A stretch of DNA of 64,000 bases from an uncultured delta proteobacterium (lineage in GTDB: Bacteria > Myxococcota_A > Polyangia > Polyangiales > Polyangiaceae). Position numbers and translations under genes: made by a program. Below the pieces are notes generated by a model. That model saw only the letters and a program-made list of their open reading frames with translations. It was not told the origin of the DNA and ran no database searches. Below, piece by piece: positions 31,210-42,522 of this stretch. Every line of letters begins with the position of its first letter. Position 1 is the stretch's first letter. Location of the stretch: the NCBI GenBank assembly GCA_963850305.1, contig CAWKKR010000001.1, positions 736,001-800,000 on the forward strand, in the 5' to 3' direction.

Positions 31210-33201
31210 TCATGGGGTCGTGCCGAGGGTGGAGGGGAGCACCAGGTCGAATTTTGCGTCGGGTCCTGTGCGGGTTTCCGCAATCTGCAGGACGGAGCGG
31301 ATACACGGCGCAGGCTTTCCGCTGACCACCGGGCTGCCCGCCGCTGCACAGCTGGGCAGTCCTTGAGGCTGGAGGATGGGGACGCCGTCGGCATCGCGAA
31401 CGACGAATGCCTGGATCAGAGCGCCGGGCACCGGCACCGGGCTCTGGTGACCGACTGGAATTTCGACGATGCCTCGTTCGATGATCGGAAGTGGCATCTG
31501 CAATCGGCCGAGGCTCACGGGCCCGGAGACAGTGATGTCGGGCTTCACGAGCCAGGGAAGATCACTGCCGTCGGGTGGACGGATCGAGACGTCGAAGAGG
31601 GCTCCATCGTCCGGGGTACACCCGCCGCAATCGACACCCGTGAGGTCGAACCTCCCCGCGTCCACGATGCCGCTCGCCGGTTGCGGAACGAACGCGTCGT
31701 CGCCGAGCGCGAGGTCGAGAACGCCGAGCGGCTCGGCCGCACAAGCGCTCGCGTCGATGCCTGATTCGCACCGACGCGTGCCGCTGCTTGCGGGCACGGC
31801 CTTGACGGACGCGACGTCGAGCGCCTTGCCGCCCACGGGCGCCGTCACCGAACCGGTGATGCTTGCCGAAGAGGGCACGAGGATGGTGCGCCCGCTGACT
31901 GCGCCGCAACTGTCGGGGGCGCCCGGCTGGCACGCTACCGTGAGCGACGTCTCGGTCGATGCGAAAGCCGAACCTGCTTGCGGCACGATGCGCACACGAT
32001 AGTCCCCGGGAAGGAGCTCGGCGGCGAGGGTGCCGTCCGATGCGATCGTGGCGCTCGAAGTGAAGGCAGCGAACACGCCGTCCGCGATCCCATCGAGGCT
32101 CGTCGCCGTGAAGGTGGCGGTACCCACGACAGGAACGTCGTCACCGGTCGCGAACCCGGCAGCCCCGTACACGACGGCGGCCAGGGTCACCGGTGGGCGA
32201 AGCACACCGAGGTCCGGCATGATCGCGCGCTTCGGCGAGAGCGCCTCTAGCCCGGATATCGCAAGCTGGAAGCTCGGCCCGAGCACGCCCTCCTTCGGGG
32301 ACAGACGGAGGAGCTCCTGTCCGGGCTTCACGGTGTCGTCGGTGCCGATGGGCGAATACGGCACGACCGCCGTGTAACCGATGCCGCCCGAGGGGATCGG
32401 AGCGGGTGCGCCGTGAAGCGCTTGAAGGCCTGAGAGGAGCTGGCCGGTGACCGGATGAACCACGCTCAGGGTCCAGCCATCGAGCGACGTGGCGCTCGCG
32501 TTCCACGGAATGTCGACGTCGAGTTCCTTGGGCGGGTTCGACGGTAAGGACAGGCAACTGTCCCCGACTGGAACGGACCTCGAAAGGAACAGCTCCGGCA
32601 CGAACTCGCAATGATCGTCCGCGCCCGCGTCGGCGACGCCCGTCGACACCGGGCGCACATAGACATCGTAGACGCCCGTCGGAACGCTGACGGAGAATTC
32701 TTGGACGGCCGCGACCGTCAACGGAAATTGGCCGATGCAGGCGGTCGACACACTCCCGAGCAACGTCGTCGCCACGTAACTCACCGTCGGCAACCCGTAC
32801 GCTTGTTCCTGCGGAGTGAGCGTCACGGTGGCGGGCAGCGTCGAGCCCGCCCCGGCGCACCCCTTGGACCCGCTGACGAAGCCGTGCACGGTCGAGACGC
32901 CGGTCGCGGGCAAGTCAATCTCGAAATCCTCGTTGCTATGAACGACGTTCTCCGAAACCTGAAGAAAAGGAACGCCGCCCACTCCCGGCGCCGTCGTGGG
33001 CGGCGTGATCTCGAGCAGGAGGGTCGACAAGAGTCCTTGATACGCGACGCAAGTACCGGCCGAACACACTCCGCCGCTGCAGTCAGAGTCCGACGCGCAC
33101 GTGTTGCTGCTCACGCCGCCCTTGTCCTGTTTGACCAGGCTCACGGAGCACGCGAGCGGTATAAGGGCAACCATCGAAGCGCTCAGATAGCGAAACGTCA
33201 C
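31210..33201 (-). CDS. beta-rich lipoprotein
   Basis: LIPLAC lipobox, CASDSDC..GVC module, beta-sandwich-like segments (LLPGDYRVRIVP). Confidence 0.75.
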   Translation of the reverse strand: MTFRYLSASMVALIPLACSVSLVKQDKGGVSSNTCASDSDCSGGVCSAGTCVAYQGLLSTLLLEITPPTTAPGVGGVPFLQVSENVVHSNEDFEIDLPATGVSTVHGFVSGSKGCAGAGSTLPATVTLTPQEQAYGLPTVSYVATTLLGSVSTACIGQFPLTVAAVQEFSVSVPTGVYDVYVRPVSTGVADAGADDHCEFVPELFLSRSVPVGDSCLSLPSNPPKELDVDIPWNASATSLDGWTLSVVHPVTGQLLSGLQALHGAPAPIPSGGIGYTAVVPYSPIGTDDTVKPGQELLRLSPKEGVLGPSFQLAISGLEALSPKRAIMPDLGVLRPPVTLAAVVYGAAGFATGDDVPVVGTATFTATSLDGIADGVFAAFTSSATIASDGTLAAELLPGDYRVRIVPQAGSAFASTETSLTVACQPGAPDSCGAVSGRTILVPSSASITGSVTAPVGGKALDVASVKAVPASSGTRRCESGIDASACAAEPLGVLDLALGDDAFVPQPASGIVDAGRFDLTGVDCGGCTPDDGALFDVSIRPPDGSDLPWLVKPDITVSGPVSLGRLQMPLPIIERGIVEIPVGHQSPVPVPGALIQAFVVRDADGVPILQPQGLPSCAAAGSPVVSGKPAPCIRSVLQIAETRTGPDAKFDLVLPSTLGTTP

Positions 33202-33800
33202 GGTCCAACGCTTCCCGTGGGAAAGCAGGAGTGCGCCGCGCCGGTCGGACCGAGAAAGTCCAGGAACCAGGTGACTTGCGCGGCGTCGAGTGGGTCCCTG
33301 GTCTCGTAGGAGCGGACGAAGTTGTCATGAGGAGACAAGATCATCGTGATCGTGTGGCAACCCACGGGCCGATTGTCCGGTAGCTGCCAGGCCTCGGAGA
33401 CCTCGCGCCCCGTTTGCTCGGCGAACGGTCGTGGGTCCGAAGGCACGGCGTTGTCGTCGACGTCCGAAGTCGGCGATACGTCCTTCGTCGGATCTAGATC
33501 GATGACGAAGTACGCGTGAAGATCCTGTCCGCCGTCGTCCGCGCGAAACGGGACGTCGAAGTCGAAGGTGGAGGCAGTGGCCGGGACACTCGCAACGCCG
33601 GTGGTCGCGGGATCGATCTGCGACGTGATCAGCACTGGCGGGACGAGGGACGGCACGGAATAGTCGGGTGGGGCGTCCACGCAACCGTCGACAGGGAGCA
33701 TTCCCGCGACGACAAGCGAGCCCCATGCCAAACGCCGAACGTGCGCGAGAAGTCGCGTTCGTGTCCGCCGGAAGGCTGACATGCCTGTCACACCCGTCAT
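33198..33800 (-). CDS. putative lipoprotein
   Basis: hydrophobic stretch followed by GC; overlaps the downstream start. Confidence 0.7.
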   Translation of the reverse strand: MTGVTGMSAFRRTRTRLLAHVRRLAWGSLVVAGMLPVDGCVDAPPDYSVPSLVPPVLITSQIDPATTGVASVPATASTFDFDVPFRADDGGQDLHAYFVIDLDPTKDVSPTSDVDDNAVPSDPRPFAEQTGREVSEAWQLPDNRPVGCHTITMILSPHDNFVRSYETRDPLDAAQVTWFLDFLGPTGAAHSCFPTGSVGP

Positions 33801-33803
33801 CCC

Positions 33804-36800
33804 CTAGCCCGAGCTCCCGATGCGGCCGCCACCTCGCAGCTGGTTCCACCGAGCGTTCGCATATTCCTGACTGGTCGCGAGTCGCACGAGGTCCGCGACC
33901 GCGGGGCTCGCGCTGCAGAGGGCGGCCAATCCTCCCGGCGCGTCGAGGCCCCAGGTGGAAACGCCGAGGTCTGCGCAGGTCTCGCGAACGGCGACGGTGA
34001 GATCGCCCGAGACGAAGAGACCCGCACGGCGCACCGCTTGCCGCGCGGCGTTCCGCGCCTCGGAATAGTCGATACGCGACGGGTCGTCGCAGAGCTCCCG
34101 CAGGCGGCGCTGGGATCGGGACGGAACACTTTCCCAGAGCATTTCGGCCAACGTCGCGATCGATGCGAGCCCTGTGCTCGTCGCCCGCGGCGGTCCGAAT
34201 GCTGCGACCAGGGCGCGAAGAACGTTCTCCACCTGCGCCTCGGACGCACCGTAGAGGAGAACGTGTTCGGGCATCGTCGCTGCCAGCATGGCTCCGAGGT
34301 GATAGCCGAGCACGGAGCTCTCGGCCTTCACCTCCCCCGTGAGGAGCAATGCGGGTGGCGAGAGGAGCGCGACGTTGATCGTGATGGCCTCCCCGCTCCT
34401 CCGCTGGAAGAGCGGCGTGCGCGTCATGCCCAGCAATCGACACGCGGCGGCGAACTGGCGAGCGAGCGGCGACGGGGCGGTCGGCGCGACGCGCTCCAGT
34501 CCCGTCACGCCGTAGCTCGACGGATCGCGACGGAACATGTGCTGAGCGCCCGTCCACACGAGCCCGAGAGCCTCGGTCGCGGGAGCGGTTGCTTCCCGAA
34601 ACAGGAGCGAGTGCACGCGATCGGGTTGCTCGACTTGCTCCGTGAGCAAAGGCGGCTCGAGAGACGCAATGTTGGGGTCGAACGCGCGCAGGACGTGCTC
34701 CACACAGCGCGCGTACACGATACTGCGATCGGCGAGCGTCGAGGCGTAGAGTCGATCGAGCACGGAGCGATCGCCGGGAAGGAGATACGCCACTCGACGG
34801 CACACGTTGACGAGATCGTGCGTGCGATCGGTCCTATTTTCGAGCTGGAGTATGAGCTCGCGGCCCGCCTCGATCGACCCGCGCGACAGAGCGTTGACGA
34901 GCATCTCCTCGTTCACGCTCGCCGCGTTGAACGCCGAAAGGCGAGGCACCGAGGGCGGCCGGACGACGGACGCCGGCGGCTCTGCCGGCAGCACCGAACG
35001 CGGCGCAGAGTCCAGCAGGGGTAGAGGCAGCTCGGGCGGCGGCATCGGTGGCGCTGCCCGAGGCGATGACGGCGGAGGACCGGACAGCGGGGCCGTCGAT
35101 GTTCGTGCGCCAGGTTTCGGCGGCGCACTGGCGCGCAGACTCCCCGGGACATGCGAGGCGCGGCGAGACTCCGGCGTGTCGTCGACATTGGTGACGTCGC
35201 GACGAACGCGGAGCTCGATCGGCGGCTCGCTCTGCCGGCGCAGTTCGAGAACGGGCTCGGCCGAGACGTCCCGGGATGCGTTCGCGTCGGGTGCGGGCCC
35301 GCCGTCCGAGTCCGGGTGCACCGCCAGCGTCTCTTCGAACGCGGGCATGAGCGGAACGGGCGGTGCCGAAAGTGGACGCGAAGGAGCTGCCGATTCCTGG
35401 ACTCGCGCCGCGTCGCTCAACCGGCCGAGGGCGGTACGCAGAATCCGTCTGTGCAGCGAGCGCCCGCGCCCGTGTGTCCGGCATCGCTGCGGCGACTTCG
35501 AGGTATTCGAGAGCCCGTTCCGGCAGTTTTGCGCGCTCGGCAGCGGCTGCCGCGACCAGCGCGACCTCGCCGCGCCGGCGCAGCTCGCGCAGCTCCCCCT
35601 CGAGAGCGGCGTCGAACGACGGGAGCGACCGCGCCGGCTCGATTCCTCGCGCGAGCCGCTCGGCCATTCCGAGCGCGATGAGCGGGAGCGCACCGAGTTC
35701 CGCGTGCACGCGGGAAAGCTCGCGCATTCCCTCGCCGTCGCTCGCCGACACGTCGAGCGCCTCGGCCAGCAGGAAAGCCTGAAGCTCGCGCTGTGATGGG
35801 TCGAGCGCGTCCCGGATCGCCCGGAGCTCCGTGACGGTCAGCGCCGCCTCGTCCCGCGTTCCCGCCCCGCGTTTCCGGTATTCGAGCAGACGCGCGAAAA
35901 GCTGCGGCTCCGCGAGGTCCCGGGCAATTCGCGCCGCCCGTTGCGCTTGCCCGAGCGCAAGAGGCAGCTGACCGCCGACGAGTGCGGCGCGAGCCGCTTC
36001 GACCAGCAGACCCGCGCGGGACCGGGGGGATCCATCGAAGAAAGGGCCATCTCTTCGAGCGCCTCGGATAGCGCAAGCGGGTTCTCGCTGCGCCGCTCGA
36101 TGTCGACTCGCAGCGCGACGAGCCTGGGCGTTCGCGGGTACTCGCGCATTTCGCCGAAGAGCCGCCGCGCCATCTCGACGTCCCCGCCGTCCAGGTAGGC
36201 CTGGCACGCGCGCCGAGACAGTTCGCCCGCTTCCGGGCGATCCTTCGGCATCGCACTCGCCCGCAGCCAGAGCGGCGCAGCTCGGAGCTTCGCACCCAGC
36301 CGCTCGTTGAGATCGGCCAGTCGCGTGAGCACCTGGAGATGATCGCCCGTCCCGGCAAGCAGCGCCTCGAGCTCCGTCCTTGCATCCTCGGACCTCCCCA
36401 GACGCGTCTCCAGGATCTGCGCACGGTGAAGCCGCACCTGCCGCGCCTCGTCCGCGCTCTGCGGCAAATTCGCCCGCCGCGCGAGTAACTCGGCCAGGGC
36501 GTCCCAGTCCCCTCGACGTTCCGCGTCGCGTTCGAGGGCGCCGAGCGCGGCCGTGTCCCGCGGATCGAGCGAGAGGATGGTCCGAAAACGCGCGACGGCA
36601 CCGACGTCGTCACCTTCGGTGCTCAGCAGATCAGCCAGCTTTCGGAGGAGTGGCAACCGCTTCGCGACGTCGGTTTCGAGCTCGGAGAGGCGTGTCAGCG
36701 CTTCTATCTGACGACGCGGAGCGTCCGCGGCGACCGCCTGCGTGAAGAAGTCGGCTAGCAGATGTCGATCCGTCGGAGCCAGGGCCAGCAGTGCGTCGAA

Positions 36801-39800
36801 CACCTCGAACGCCTCGTCGTGTCGCCCGAGGTCGGCGAGCAGCGCAGCGAGTTCGCGTCCCTGTGCGATGCGCGAAGGCGCGGTCGCATCGACCGGAACT
36901 TCGCGAAGGAGCACCTCGAGCTCGTCCCAGCGTCTGGCCTGGCGATAAAGGTCGCGTAACCGACCGGCGAGCTCCAAGCGAATTTCATCCGAGAGCCGAT
37001 CGAGGCCCCATGCCTCCTCCAGCGCCGATATGGCGCGCGGCAAGTCGCCCTTTGCGGCAGCGGCCTCGGCTCGCTCCCGTAACGACGCCACTCGTCGTTC
37101 GAGGGGGACGACGGCGAGCACCTCGCGGAGTAACTCGGCGTCGCCGGATTCGCGCGCGGCGAGCTCTGCCCGCGAAACGATCTCCGCATCTTCGGGCTCG
37201 CGCCCCGCCGCTGCTGCCAGCAGGCGCGCGCGGAGAAGCCGATCGCCGAGCACACGCGAGAAGGCCTCCGCGAGCTCGATCAGCGCAGGCCCGAGGTTCG
37301 CATGGGGCGAACGGATGAGGCTCTCCACGTGCGCGACGAACCGGCGGATTTCCGCGGGCTCGACCGCGAGCGCGGCACCGAGGGCCACGCAGTTGCGATA
37401 CTCGTCGATGCTCGAATCCGTGTCCGTCGCACGCATGAGCGCGCCGAGCGCGACGCCCGTTGCCCCGAAAGTGGCGAGCGCCGTCTGCGCGGCCTCCACC
37501 GCGACGCGAGCCCCTTCCGGACCTTCGAGTCGCGGTAGCATCGCACGCAGCGCCCGCGTGAAACGCAGCTCGGCGATGTCCTTTTCTTCGGGAACCGCTT
37601 TCACCAGCTCGGTCAGCGCGACGCCGAGAGATCGAAGCGTTTCGGTGTGCGGATTCGCATCCAGCGCGCGAAGCAGGACCTCGACCCGCTGCCGCTTTCC
37701 CTCGTCGCCAGAACCCGCGACGAGCGCGGCGCGACGAAGCCACGCCGCGCGCTCTTCCGCGTTCTTGGCGTGCGATGCGACGCGTTCGATGGCCTGCACC
37801 GCCTCGGTCGAGTCCCCCGCGCGCTCGGCCAAGCGCATCATGAGCACGAACGTGACCCCCTCGGCGGGGACGGCCTCGAACGCGAGGATCGCATGCCTCA
37901 GCCCCCGCTCGCGAAATCCCCGCCGCTCGAGCTGCCGCGCGGCGCGATAGTGCGCGGCACGCTCGCCGTAGAGTCCGAGAGCGCCCCGTGCGACGATGTC
38001 GTAAGCTCGCTCGAGCGCTTCGATGTCCCTGTCGGTTGCAGCGCGTTCCGCGATACCGAGCACGTCGGCCCGCGACGAGTCGGCCTCGAGCGCGCGAATG
38101 GCGAGCGCCAGAGCCATCGCGTCGAGTGAGCCGTCCAGCGCGACGCAGGCGGCTGCCGCGAGGGCCCTGGCGACGTCCGCGCGGTTTCGTCGACGTGCCG
38201 CGATGTCATCGAGCCGTCGAGCAGCTTCCTCGTGGCCAGAGAACGCGACGAGGTCCCGTGCAAATTTCTCGAGGCCATTCTCGCGATCCAGCGCCGCTCC
38301 GCGCTCCCACGCCGCGATGGCGCCGTCGCGGTCGTCGGCCAGATCCCACCGGGCTGCGCCGAGGTCACGCCACGCGTTCGCCGTTCCTTCGAGCTCCGCG
38401 GACGACAGCCCGCTCAAGACCTCGGCGCGACATTCGAGGAGCGATATCTCGCCATCCGAACTTTGCGCCGGCAGAGCGACATCGAGCTCGGAGAGAACGG
38501 CGCTCGGGTCCGCGCCTTCCGCGAGAGCTCGCACGAGAGTGCGCGCAGCGCCGTCCGCGTCCCCCGCGTGACGAAGACGTCGCGACAGGTCGAGAAGCAT
38601 TTCTGCTCGATCGCTCCCCGGTGTCCCGGATGCGAGCTGACGTTCCAGCACGGCGATCGAAAGCCCGCGCTCGCCTACCGAGTCCGCAGCCGCCAGCACG
38701 GCGTCCCGAAGCTCGCGGACGCGGGGGCCAAAAACGTCCAGCGCGCGACGAGCCAGCGCCGCACCACGAACTGGATCGAGCTCGGCGAGGCGGCAAACCG
38801 CACGGCTCACGAGGGGCACCAGATCGGAGAGCGGCTGCGGTTGCGCCAGGAGCCAGGACAGAGAGTCGCCGAGTCTCGACGCGTCCCCGGCTGCGGTCAC
38901 GCGCTCGAGCAACGCTGCACCCACCGTCCGGTCTCCGGGGCGGAGCGCGAGCGCCTGCTGAGTCCACGCGAGGGCTCGGCCGGGCTCTCCGAGCACATCG
39001 AAGGTTTCCGCGAGCGCCCGACACCAGAATCCCCTCGGCACGACGACCCCGACGGCGCGTTCGAGCGCGAAGGCCGCGACGCGATCCCGCTGGCCCAGGG
39101 TTGCACGCGCCAGGGCCGCGATCGACCGAGGGGAAGAGCTATCGGCGTGGCACGCCTGTTCGGCGGCGCGACGGGCATTCGACTCATCGCCAGCGGCGAT
39201 GAAGAGGTCGGCAGCGATGCTCGACAGCAAAGCGGCCAGGTGCGGTTCGAACCACTGAGCGATCCGGCGGAGCGCATCGGCACGGAGGCCCGCCCGTCCG
39301 GCGGACGTGGCGAGAGCAAAGAGCATTGCCAGGCCCGCCCGGTGCGACCCTGGATCCTCGAGAAGCGGCTCCAGCGCTTCGAGCGCCGCCGGCACGTCTC
39401 CGCGCGAGCGAGCGAGCGTCGACAAACCCAGACGCGCTCGTTCTCTTTGCGCTCGGGAACTCGATCGTGTCAGGTCGTCGCGCCAGAGTCTGTCGAGCGA
39501 ATCCGAGCGCCCCTGACGAGCGAGCGCCCGTTCGAGCGATTGTCGAAGCGAGCGCTCTTCCGGCACCTCGCCGATCAATTCCTGGAGAATGGCGATGTAT
39601 TCCTCGACCTCGTCGGGACGTCCCCGGAGCGCACCTGCGGCGAGTCGCAGGAGATCGAGGCGCGCCGGGCCCGTCTCGTTCCGCAGCTGAATGCGAGTCG
39701 TGGCGAGCGCCTCGTCGTCCCGACGAACGCGCTGCGACAGACGACTGCCGATGGCTCGCAACTCTTCGTCGCGGCCGTCATCGACGAGCAACTTCCGGAC

Positions 39801-41195
39801 GGCCCAGAGCGCGAGCGACGGCTCGGAAAGACGTTGATCCGCGAGCACGACCAGTTCTCGAAGGCACGAGGTACGTGCAACGCTCGCGGCGCCATCCTCG
39901 ACGCTGCCGGCGCGGAGCAGCGCCTCGACGAGCGGCATGGGATCGCCCGTGCCCGCGGCGTGCTCGCGCAGAAGCGACTTCGCGTCCTCGTTCGACGGCT
40001 GCGCGACCAGCGCGTCAATCCATGCTTCGACCGCGCGCTCGGTACTGCCCAACGAACCCGCGCAGACGCGGCCCAGCGCCAGACGAGCGCGAGCGCGCTC
40101 CGCGCCCGATAACGCTTCTGCAGAGAGTTCGAGACGCGCCGCGATGACCTCGTGAATCCCCAGATCTGCGAGCAAGCGGTCGAATGTGACGAGATCGGCA
40201 CCCGAGTCCTCGGGTTCCGCCGAACGCACGACGGAGCTGGGGTCGAAGCCGCGATCGAGACCAGCATCGAACAGCGCACCGAGCGCGCGCGCCGAATCGC
40301 CGTCGACAATGGCATCACGAAGCCGCGCGCGGTGTATCGCGATCCCCTTGTCGCCACACGCCCGCGCGTGCTCCCGCAGGATCTCGTCGGCCGCGCCCGT
40401 TCTTCCGCGGAGCGCGAGGTCACCGGCGAGCCGCTGCGCCGCAGGGCCGAAGGCCGGGGCCATCTCGAAAGCACGGAGCATGTCTTCGAACGCGGCAGCC
40501 TTGTCGGCTTGGTTCTCGCGCCGGCGCGCGGCTTCCAGATATGCGGCGGCGGCTTCGTCGGCAGGAACCGCGTCCGGGGCCCACGCGCCGATCGCGCCGA
40601 GGAGTTCTTCCGCGACCGGATCATCCGGCCACTCTCGCGCCGCACTCGCAAGGGCCTCCGCCGCAGCGCGCGCTTCACCGTGCCGCCCCAGAAAGACCGC
40701 GACACGAACGAGAAGCCGCCCTAACCGTTCACCCGACTCGACCTCGACAAGAGGGCGCAGCGTGGCGGCGGCAAGCCCGGGCTCGCCGAGCGCGGCAAAC
40801 CAGGACGCGAGCTCTTCGCGAAGCACCGGATCTTCGCCCAGCATGAGCGACCGCCGACCAAGCTTCGTCGCCGTATCGAGCTCGGTGCCTCTGGCGGCGA
40901 GCGTGCGAGCGAGCGCCGCCGTGGCAAGCCGTTCGCCCTCCGCCTCCCCGGTTTGCGCAGTCTCGAGCTTGGCTCGGAGGGACGCGATCTCGGCCCGCGC
41001 TCCGCGTCGGCGCGCGACCGGCGCGTGTCGCGAGAGCCACTCGAGTGCAATGCCGGACACGGAGCGCGGCGCAGACCACTGCGGCGGGGGCAAGGTCCGA
41101 CGGCGCGGGGGCATCCCCTCGACCCGCTGCTCCCGCAGGGCATCTTCTTCGAGTGCTCCCTGCCCCTTCAAATCGGGCTCCTGTGGCAGTGTCAT
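33804..41195 (-). CDS. giant TPR/alpha-solenoid protein (~2400 aa), probably one gene with frameshifts near 36010 and 35450
   Basis: 1785-aa Ala/Leu/Arg/Glu helical ORF continues in frames 34834-36207 and 33804-35693. Confidence 0.75.
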
Positions 41196-41325
41196 GCGGG
41201 GAGTCCACTCCGCTCCGGGGAAATCCGGGGCGCCCTGTCACTATATCGAAGCCGGGGCTTGTCGCGCCGTGCCTTGACGTTCTAGCCTGAAGTACTTCCC
41301 CGACATCGAAGACGGAGATTCGACG

Positions 41326-42405
41326 ATGCGAACGCATTCCATTATCGCCCACTTTCCCGGATTCGGGGGGGCCGTTCTCGGTCTCACCCTCGCCACGACC
41401 AGCCTGCTCGCGACTCCTGTACACGCCGCACCCAGGAAGGCCAAGGCCGCGGCCAGCGCGGGTGGCCCGGATGCAGCCAAAAAGAAGGAGGCGCGCGACG
41501 CGTACGGCGCGGGAGAGAAAGCCTACGCCGCCGGCGATTACACGACGGCCTACGACGATTTCAAGAAGGCCCATGACCTCATACCGACAATCCATGCCGA
41601 GTATTGGATGGCGATGAGTCAGTCTCAGGGGACCGACATTCCGACGGCTTACGATGCTCTGGCGGCAGTCGTCGCGTCCCCGGACGCCTCGAAGCTCGGC
41701 GACGAGAAACTGGCGGCGGCTACGGCGCGGCTCGCCGAAGTGAAGAAAATTCCTGCCACGGTGGCGGTAACGTCGCTCCCTTCGGGCGCAGAGCTCTCCG
41801 TGGACGGTGCAGCCCAGCCGGGAACCACGCCCCAGACATTGAGCTTGACCGCCGGCAGTCATCGGCTCGGGGTCGCTCTCGCTGGGTATGAAGCGTACGC
41901 CACTGATTTGACACTGAAACCCGGGCAAAAACTCAATCAGCAGGTCGAGCTCAAAGCCTCCGCTCCGCCGCCGGCAGCAGCAGCCGCGGTGGCCCCACCG
42001 CCACCACCCGCAGAAACCGCGCCCGCACCCCCTGCAGCACCCCCTCCGGCTCCCGAGGCACACAGCAAGGTCCCCGCTTACATAACACTCGGGGTCGGCG
42101 TCGTCGGTGCCGGCGTGGGAACGATCTTCGGAATCTCGGCGCTGAGCGCCAAGAGTGATTTCAACAAGAACCCGACGAACAGCGGCGCGGACAAGGCGGA
42201 GCGTGATGCGCTCATCGCAGACATGGGATGGGCCGTGGCCATCACACTCGGTGTCACGGGGATCGTCCTCTTGACGACGAGTGACTCGTCATCGGAAGTC
42301 TCGGCGCAGAACGGCCTCGTGCACCAGCACGTGCGCGCACGCCTCGACTTCGCGCCGGTGGTCACAGCCAGGGTGCAGGGAGCCGCTGCAAGGTTGACGT
42401 TCTGA
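41326..42405 (+). CDS. PEGA-domain protein with N-terminal TPR
   Basis: signal peptide, TPR-like helices, VTSLPSGAELSVDG..GTTP..LTAGSHRL, Pro linker, C-terminal hydrophobic region. Confidence 0.85.
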   Translation: MRTHSIIAHFPGFGGAVLGLTLATTSLLATPVHAAPRKAKAAASAGGPDAAKKKEARDAYGAGEKAYAAGDYTTAYDDFKKAHDLIPTIHAEYWMAMSQSQGTDIPTAYDALAAVVASPDASKLGDEKLAAATARLAEVKKIPATVAVTSLPSGAELSVDGAAQPGTTPQTLSLTAGSHRLGVALAGYEAYATDLTLKPGQKLNQQVELKASAPPPAAAAAVAPPPPPAETAPAPPAAPPPAPEAHSKVPAYITLGVGVVGAGVGTIFGISALSAKSDFNKNPTNSGADKAERDALIADMGWAVAITLGVTGIVLLTTSDSSSEVSAQNGLVHQHVRARLDFAPVVTARVQGAAARLTF

Positions 42406-42522
42406 GCGCAGCCTCGAGCTTCGCTCGGGAACACGCCAGGTAAGCCGCGGACCCCCTCTCTGCCACGCTGGCCTCGCGGCTGGACCGCGGGATACGCTCG
42501 TCGCGAGAAGGGGGAGGGTCTA

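Noticed and set aside
38232..40112. Long antisense/alternate-frame ORFs (also 8503-10344, 52335-54266 and others)
   Set aside because: Arg/Ala/Pro-rich shadows expected in high-GC DNA; they overlap better-supported genes
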